Of a stretch of DNA of 64,000 nucleotides, positions 55,849 to 64,000 are shown one piece after another. Under the pieces are notes generated by a model. The model made no database searches and was not told where the DNA came from. It saw only the letters and a program-made list of their open reading frames with translations. Position 1 is the stretch's first letter, and the number at the start of each line of letters is the position of its first letter. The stretch lies in NCBI GenBank assembly GCA_951406725.2, contig OX597821.1, positions 74,152,001-74,216,000 of the forward strand, in the 5' to 3' direction. The stretch comes from Octopus vulgaris. Lineage: Eukaryota. Made by a program: the position numbers and the translations under genes.

Positions 55849-56220
55849 TTGTTTCACTCATTAGAATGCGGCCATGCAAGGGTACCGCCTCAAAGAATTT
55901 CAGTCTAAGGAATCGACTGCAGTACTCACTTGTCTTTAAAGCCCGGTACTTACTATATCGTTCTCTTTTGCCGAACCGCTAGTTTATGGGGGCGTAAACA
56001 AACCAGCACCGGTTGTTAAGCAGTAGCGGGGGAAAGACACTCACAGAAAAACACAAATACACACACACTACGGGATTCTTTCAGTTTCCATCTACCAAAG
56101 TCCCTCACAAGGTTTTGTGAGTCTACAGTAGAAGTCACTTGCGCGACACAAGGCGCTTCGCAGTGGGACTGAACCCGGATCTATGGAATTGAGAAGCAAG
56201 CTTCCCAACGCACAGACGCA
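55845..56220 (-). mobile_element. SINE family 1, near full length
   Basis: Collinear with 22365-22777. Confidence 0.85.
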
Positions 56221-56661
56221 TGTACAGTAGGTTGCTTTGCATATAAAGGAAGATCTGTTCGCTGACTGAAGTCACCAACGTGTGACTTTAGTAGCAAAGT
56301 TTTTCCTTTATTTATTCTGTGTCTGTGTGTTTCTCTGAAAGTATTTGCTACTGAGATGGAAATGATGAGACTTTATGAAGCAGATTGGTGATTCGGATAT
56401 AAAAATATATCAGTTTCTATGTATTTACTAGAACCACCTGACTTTATAATGTGTGTTACTATTTCGAAAATATTACACCACCAAACTGTATAGGATAAGT
56501 TTCGCCAATATATATGTAGCTCTGTCTGTCTGTCTTCCCGCCATACCTACATAACACGAATATAGACATGCATGTATATACGTATACATACATAGACACA
56601 CGTACACACGTACAAACTCATATATATATCTATGTATCTATATATATATGTTTATATATAT

Positions 56662-56692
<31 letters not shown>

Positions 56693-56721
56693 TTATCTAT
56701 GTACGTATATGTGTGTGTGTA

Positions 56722-56771
<50 letters not shown>

Positions 56772-57972
56772 CACACATCATATTATTATTATAGTTATGT
56801 TTATGCTTGCAAACTAAGTGTTGGTCTCTTAAATTTTTCTTTATATTTTAAGTCAGACGAGACTCTGCAAGAAACAATTACAGGTAATTATTTTGGTATT
56901 TTCTCTTGTCTTTAATAACTTCATCACATTTTCTTCCTCCACTTTTTCCTTCGTTCCATTCGTATATGTTTTTAGCTTGTGTTTTCTTCTTCTTTTCTTT
57001 CTTTTCTTCTTTTTTGTATGCGAGTTCTATCATTAATGGTGTGTGAGGGAGAGGGTAAAGAACAAGCTGAAGATATAGAGTAAACGGAAGTTAACTTAGA
57101 GAGGGGACTTAGAGGAAATTTTTCCTTTTTGGAGAATATTCATGATCACGTAGAGTGCTGCCTGACTGGGAATGAGTTCTGTACAAGCCAATACCCAATA
57201 AAATTTCCGTGTCATCGAACGTATCTAATGGAATTTTCTATATCAGCGTATCGAAGGTACTGATCCATATAGAAGGGGTGGATGAAGTGAAGGGCTAGGA
57301 ACACAAAAGGTGCAATATAATACAGCTGCTATACGGGAACTGTAATTATATTCCAAATTGAAGCTGAACAAAAATTGAGTATTACTAAAAGGTGAACGGG
57401 AAAAGGAAAAGAAAGAAAAAAAATAAACATTAATAGAATAAAAAAAATTAAGAAAATAACATTAAGTACATAAAAAATTAAAAAAACCCACAAAAACAGA
57501 ACAAAACAAAAAGGTATACACAACGCTCATTTATAAAATTAAAGAAAAAACAACAACACATAAACAGACATACGCACACCTGAGCACCTAAGTATAGCTA
57601 CAGTTCTATAGCAGAACATAGCATAATAGAAAAAATAGAAAGAAGATATTTAGAAGCAGTCCGTGTGGAAAAGAGTAGCTTATACATGGGAGAAGAAACA
57701 AGATTTTAATGATGACTTGGCCTCACACAAAACACAGAATTTAGAAATTTTCCTGAGAACCAAGACAAACAAACAAATAAAAAAAGAGCTTAGATTATCT
57801 TTAATATAATCTAATATTTATATTATATTCGAAGGTGGAAGAGTGTCAGAAATAGCAAAGTCTCTGGGATAATACCTTGTGGTATTAAGTAACTCCTTTC
57901 ATATTCTGATTTCAAATTTCTGAGCGGTGTAATTTACATCGATCTGGGGGAGAGCGTGAATATCATAAGTAC

Positions 57973-58062
<90 letters not shown>

Positions 58063-58149
58063 ATGTGTGTGTGTGTGTAAATATCTGTGCACACATATCG
58101 AATGATATCGATCTCATATCTATCTCCATATATATATATATAGTAATGG

Positions 58150-58398
58150 TATGACAACACAAGAATGAATGAGACCGCGATATTATGTAAATGGAGGAAT
58201 TTATCTGTAATATATGTGACAATTATTCGGTTGCCATAATAAAACTCCGAGTTTCAGATGTCGGTGCGGCATCTCGTCAGTTCTTAAGACAATCAAAAAA
58301 TACTATGAAAATGACGTTACACAGATTTCCGCCCCAACAACCGAAACTCGGTCTTTTATTATGGCAACCGAATAATTGTCACATATTATATTACAGAT
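58150..58398. mobile_element. Penelope-like family C inverted pair with hammerhead motif (58241-58282, minus)
   Basis: Arms ~58203-58255 and ~58343-58398; minus strand AA-CUGACGA-GAUG...CAUC-U-GAA-ACUCGGAGU-U-UU. Confidence 0.65.
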
Positions 58399-58423
58399 AT
58401 ATATATATATATATATATATATG

Positions 58424-58968
58424 ATAGAAAATGGGATGAACGGCATTTTTTATTTAAAATCACTCCAATTGTTTGGACACATTTTCATGTTGTGCAATCA
58501 CTATCATACATCCAATGTGTGAATTGTGCCTCCCCACCTGTTTATTTAAATAAGTCATTCATTAGTTCCTACTTTCATTTCACTCAATGTGAGAATGCAT
58601 ACCCAGAGGAAAGTATTATTTTCAGCGATTTGCAGAGAAAACTAAACAACTGTTTGGCTTTTTCTTTCTATACTTCGTATATTGATTATAATTGTATTTT
58701 GTCTGTAACTATTCCTATGGGATTCGTTTTGTCTCTAACCTGCAGAAAATGACACAGCACTTTGGGTATTCATTTTCACACTGAATAAAATGAAAGTAGG
58801 ATCTAACAAAGGACTTATTCGTACATTCACATGAAGAGGGGAATTTTACACCTTGGACGGAGGGTAATGATTACATAACATCACACCAATGTACTAAAAG
58901 TATAAAAATATGTCGAAACAATTGAAGTGATTTTGAACGAAGAATGATGTTTATTCCAATTTCTATAA
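58424..58968. repeat. Diverged inverted repeat (~190 bp arms), Penelope-like
   Basis: CCTACTTTCATTT/AAATGAAAGTAGG, AAAATCACT.CAATTGTTT/AAACAATTG.AGTGATTTT, TACCCA.AG/CT.TGGGTA. Confidence 0.6.
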
Positions 58969-59033
58969 TTTATCTATTTTTATATTCTCTACTGATATAA
59001 TAGAATTTCTGACGTATATCCAGTAACAGAAGG

Positions 59034-59137
<104 letters not shown>

Positions 59138-59164
59138 GTCTGGCTATCTGTCTGTCTGCCTGTC

Positions 59165-60942
59165 TGGGATGTGGGACGAGCGTGTCTGCATATGCGGACG
59201 ACGTCACCTTTACAGTATCTAACCAGAAGCACATCGAGCTGGTCGGCGAAACACTGAGAGACTACGAAGCGGTGACAGGAGCGAAAATCAACCATAAAAT
59301 CAGTGGGCTTGCGGCTAGGCACCTGGAGAAGCAAGCCCATGCCGTCCACCAGCGCCTCCGTCGTAGGACGCTGGACCGATGGTCCAGTCGAGTTGCTCGG
59401 GGTTTCGTTTGGTCCGGATCTCCAAACGGAGAAGAACTGGAACGAGATAACGAATCGGGTAGTCACTCTCGCCCGGCAATGGGCCGAGAGGAAGCTGTCC
59501 CTAAAAGGTCGGGCGGGGGTGTCGAACACGTACCTCGCTTCCTTCATCTACTATCGCCTGATCGTCGTGCCTTGTCCCGACCCTACCATCACCAAACTAG
59601 AGCGCATTCTCTTCCGCTTCTTGTGGAAAGGATGCGTTCCAATAGTCAGGCGATCCGTTTGCTGCCAACACCCGTTAAAAGAAGGGCTAGGCATGCCGAG
59701 GCTGATGATGCGCAGACACGCGCTGAGACTGCGACATCTCCGGCACTACGAAGACGAAGTGAACAGGTGTGGTCGCCGTTTGTGAGGCGCGCTTTCCTGC
59801 AGCTCGTCTCCATGACCGAGCTGCAGTCATGGATCATAAAGAGGCCAAGGAAGGGCGAATGGCACCGCGAGTGTCGCGTTACTCCCGGGCAACTATGCCG
59901 TCTCGGGTCGACCTTGAGCGACTTCAACACAACAAAAGCAATCTATAGGGGATTAGTGGAGGGGAGATACGACGACGATGCCGGAGCGAACTTTGGCGTT
60001 GACGAGGAATACTTGACCCGCCTGTTCAAGACGACTTTCGGTACGGGATCTATGGACAACTTCCGGAGATCCCTGGCCTGGCAGTGTTATCGAGAAGCGC
60101 TACCCATTCGGGATAAGCTCTACAGGCATGGCTCGAGAAACACAGGGCCGATCTGCCCGAGATGCGGTCAGAGAGACGAAACCGTCCTGCACGCACTCGT
60201 ACAATGTCCAACCATTTCCGACCTGTGGGCTTATGTTGAACGACTGCTGTCACGTGTGGGACGAGTCGGTTTATCAACCGAATCTATCGTGAAAATAGTC
60301 GCGCCTCCTTCCCTGAAACGGGAAGGAAGGGCGATCTTCATCGTATTTGTGGATATGGCGAAAGAACGTTTATGGTGGACGCGTCTGAAATGTCTAGAGA
60401 CAAATACTTTCCTTCTGGTCAATCTCACATCAACTCCTTCAAGTATCACTTGAAGAGGAAGGTGAGAGTAGAGAAGGAAGTTTGGTCTAGTGAATGTTTC
60501 AAAAAAGATGGGTGAATGCAGAAAGGATGGCACGTATGAATGACGGAACCAGTTTGAGCATAATCCTATGAACCAAAACAAGAAAGGAAAAAACAGAGTC
60601 ACTTGCTGTAATGTGTTTTTTGCATGATACTATTGCCAAAGGTTCCCGTGGACTTTTCCGTAGGCTTTTCTTTCCACGGATAAACCTAATCTGTTTTCCC
60701 CTTTTACATTGACATTTCTGTGAGACACGATCCCTATTGATCGGCCCTTCGTCTTCTTCTTCTTCTTCTTCTTCTTCTTCTTCTTCTTCTTCTTCTTCTT
60801 CTTCTTCTTCTTCTTCTTCTTCTTCTTCTTCTTCTTCTTCTTCTTCTTCTCCTCCTCCTCCTTCTTCTTTCCAAAAAGAAAAGAAAAGCTCTACTTTGTA
60901 TTTTGCCCCCTCTGTGTTCACCCGTGTGGCCAATAAAGAAAC

Positions 60943-60945
<3 letters not shown>
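59165..60945 (+). mobile_element. 5'-truncated Tx1/L1-clade LINE (RT YADD to C-terminal zinc finger, 3' UTR with (CTT)n, AATAAA)
   Basis: SAYADDVT, TGAKIN, LLGV, LSLKGRA, FRFLWKG, GLGMP, CPRCGQRDETVLHALVQC; about 3 frameshifts; ORF2 stop ~60571; flanked by (TATC)n on both sides. Confidence 0.92.
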
Positions 60946-61031
<86 letters not shown>

Positions 61032-61247
61032 ATTATGTAGAGAGACAGAGAAAAAGAGAGAGAAAGAAGGAGGGAGAGCAGGAGACAGACAGACAGACAA
61101 AGAGATACATACATGCACGCCTACCTACAAACATAGATATTGATAGATATTTGTATTGTGTCTGTACTAATCTATTTACCGATTTTAGTATATTCCACAT
61201 CTAATAATTAGTATCAAGTCATATAACTAAGATATATATACATATAC

Positions 61248-61292
<45 letters not shown>

Positions 61293-61724
61293 TAGATAGA
61301 TAGATAGATAGATAGCTAGATAGATAGATAGATAGGAGAGAGAGGTGGGGAGAGAGAGAGAAAGAGAAATTGTACGATTCCAGAAGTACAAATAAAGCTG
61401 TGTTGCAAAAAGAAGAAAGTAGGAAGGAGTGAGTGGTGGGGGTGAGATGTTATCTTAACACTGTTTTGTGTGAGACATGAAACAGGAGCGATGTTAAAAC
61501 GGTGATATATAACAAAGCGAAAGAAGGAGGTTTATTGCAATTCACAGCTTTAATGGGGGATATGGAGATTAGCTTCGGAATTAGTGAGAGTCACTTGTAG
61601 AGCGCTGAGTCTATTGCAAACAAAAATAATATTTGTGTGAATAGATTATCAGCATTTATAATTAGATTTATATAATCATGACTAAAGCGTTTAATGGAGC
61701 AGGAGAAAAAATAATTATGTGTAT

Positions 61725-62190
61725 CGTTAGCATTTTGAACAATTTGCTTAGCGGTATTTCGTCTGCCCCTGCGTTCTGAGTTCAAATTCCGTCGGGTCGA
61801 CTTTACCTTTCATCCTTTCGGGGTAGATAAACTAAGTACCAGTTACGCACTGGGGTCGATGCAATCGACTTAATCCGTTTGTCTATCCTTGTTTGTCCTC
61901 TCTGTATTTAGCCCCTTGTGGGTAGTAAAGAAACAGGTATTTCGTCTGCCGCTACATTCTGAGTTCAAATTCCGCCGAGGTCGACTTTGTCTTTCATCCT
62001 TTCGGGGTCGATTAAATAAGTACCAGTTACGTACCGGGGCCGATGTAATCTCCTTAATCCGTTTGTCTGTCCTTGTTTGTCTACTCTGTGTTTAGCCCCT
62101 TGTGGGTAGTAAAGAAATAGGTATTTCGTCCGGCGTTATGTTCTAAGTTCAAATTTCGCCGAGGTCAACTCTGCGTTTCATCCATTTGTG
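61725..62190 (+). mobile_element. Head-to-tail tandem array (~2.4 units of ~185 bp) of SINE family 3 with Tx1-like tail
   Basis: GGTATTTCGTCTGCC...GAGTTCAAATTCC...GTGGGTAGTAAAGAAA repeated at 61753, 61936 and 62120. Confidence 0.85.
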
Positions 62191-62304
62191 AACGATGAAA
62201 GAAATATCAGCTGAACACTGGGGTGGAGGAAATCCCCTTCTCTCTTCCCTCAAAATTGCTGACTTCATATAAAAATTTAAAACCCATATGTATGTACATA
62301 TGCC

Positions 62305-62843
62305 TGAACTTGTTTCAGTCGTTAGACTGCGGTCATGCTGGGGCACTACCTTGAAAATTTTTAGTCGAATGAAACGACCCAAAACATTTTTTAAAACGTG
62401 GTTCATATTTTGTCGGTCTCTTTGCCGAACCGCTACAATATGGGAGCGTTAACACACCTATGCTTGTTGTCAAGCGAGGTGGGGAGAAACAGACACAAAC
62501 ACACATATACACACATTTACGACGGTCTTCATTCACGTGCAAGAGGCTGAGCACTCCACAGACACGTGTACCCTTAACGTAGTCCTCGGAGAGATTCAGC
62601 GTGCCACAGAGTGTGACAAGGCTGGCCCCTTTCGATATACAGGTACATCAGAAACAGGAAGAAAGAGTGAGAGAAAGTTGTGGTGAAAGAGTACGGCAGT
62701 GTTCACCCCACCCCCCTGCCGGAGCCTCGTGAAGCTTTAGGTGTTTTCGCTCAATAAACACTCACAACGCTCGGTCTAGGTATCGAAACCGCTATCCTAC
62801 GACCGAGTGTCCGCTACCCTAATCACTGGGCCATTGCGCCTTC
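62305..62843 (-). mobile_element. SINE family 1 3' half (62305-62525) adjoining SINE family 2 5' part (62540-62843)
   Basis: Reverse-complement matches to the respective full-length copies. Confidence 0.8.
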
Positions 62844-63396
62844 ACTATCCTTATTCTCCATTGCAGCTTTCTGCTCAGAATAACTTCACTTGTATCCCAC
62901 TGATATAGTTTTAGTTGCCGTAAGTTTCACAAAAGACTTGTGGCTTTAGAATCTGCTCAAACAATTTTCATTGTTATTTGTAGTGTTCTGATGTACGAAT
63001 TACTTACAAGGGGCTCATAACCTACTTGTGTTTATTGCGATGTTTACACAAGGTCAGCTGAGTCGATTCCATATATTGAATTTACAATGACACAAAAAGA
63101 ATCCGACCACTGTCAGTGATTACAAAAGTTCCTTCCAACTGCGATCGCCTCATCTTCTTTCCAATGTGCAACAGACCTCGGCTTTGTAAAACTATAAGGA
63201 TGTGGATGATACTTGTAACTGCTCGCATCACCATATAAATCTTCCCCCATTGGTTTGTTGGTCAGAAAAGACACCATAAGGCCTTGTGCTCCATATTTAC
63301 ATCGAAGTATTCTTGTCAGTGAGAGTCAAGTGGTTTAAGGTTGGACATTGTAGACGAACAGGGTTTGAACCACCGATATTGCATGCAGAAAACGAA

Positions 63397-63580
63397 AGGC
63401 GGCGAGCTGGCAGAAACGCTGGCGTTTCGTCCGTCAGGAGTTCAAATTCCAACGAGGTGGACTTTGCCGTTAATCGCTTCGGGGTCTGTAAAATAAGTAC
63501 CAGTTGAGTACTGGGGTCGATGTAATCGACTTGCTTCTCTCCCGAAATTGCTGGCCTTCTGCCAAAATTTGAAACCGATA
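63397..63580 (+). mobile_element. SINE family 3
   Basis: AGGCGGCGAGCTGGCAGAAACG...GAGTTCAAATTCC...GGCCTTCTGCCAAAATTTGAAACC. Confidence 0.85.
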
Positions 63581-64000
63581 TTACATGCGGCAATTCTACC
63601 CATTGGCCCACACCTTCTGACCACTTTGTTACAGTCGATGCCATTGCATCAACTCTTTAATAAACGGTTATACATCACATTTTTAGACTTGTTAGATATG
63701 AATTCTTATAAAAAGATTTCCCAATGACCACCTCCACCCTCTTGCGTTTTGTCCCTAAAATTGAAATTATTGTTGTTCAAGTCCCAGGTCAGCCCTGAAT
63801 GAACAGGTCTATGATCCAAAGTATTCCATATGTAACCATCTGTCCCTTTTTTCTCACCCACCACTCACATTGTTCCACCCTTGAAACAATCGAAAGAGAC
63901 CATTTCTTTAAAGATCGTTAGTTCCCATTTAAGGGAGATTTCCCTGCTATTTCTAGCATACCAGTTTAATGAAACATATATTGACAATCCGTCGTTAGCT

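Noticed and set aside
59182-60453. 423-aa ORF as an intact host gene
   Set aside because: Mosaic of in-frame and out-of-frame parts of a frameshifted Tx1 ORF2
60499-61204. Poly-Glu and poly-Ser ORFs
   Set aside because: They arise from the (CTT)n tract in the LINE 3' UTR
61725-62190. CRISPR-like or satellite array
   Set aside because: Units are whole SINE copies with no unique spacers; eukaryotic context, no cas genes

Overview
AT-rich eukaryotic non-coding DNA (intergenic or a very large intron), saturated with (TA)n, (CA)n, (CATA)n, (TATC)n, (AAT)n and (CTT)n microsatellites. The repeat families look like those of an Octopus-type cephalopod genome (recognition from memory, not database-verified). 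No intact host protein-coding gene is recognisable; almost all listed ORFs are microsatellite artefacts. Real coding remnants are all transposon-derived: a DD37D (maT) transposase, several mariner relics, CR1-like LINE fragments and Tx1/L1-clade LINE fragments. At least four tRNA-derived SINE families, a Helentron-type non-autonomous element and a Tigger-like MITE are present. The most notable signal is a dense set (about 14 recognisable, plus further remnants) of minimal type-I hammerhead ribozyme motifs with palindromic stem III. They sit in short Penelope-like elements that abut (TA)n tracts and often form inverted repeats. They include a family fixed for a non-canonical CUGUNGA core and U3:A8 covariant cores. 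Also notable: a Tx1 LINE inserted in (TATC)n whose 3' end resembles the tail of some SINE copies, and a long-inverted-repeat element carrying a tRNA-like Pol III unit. Coordinates of degraded repeats are approximate.
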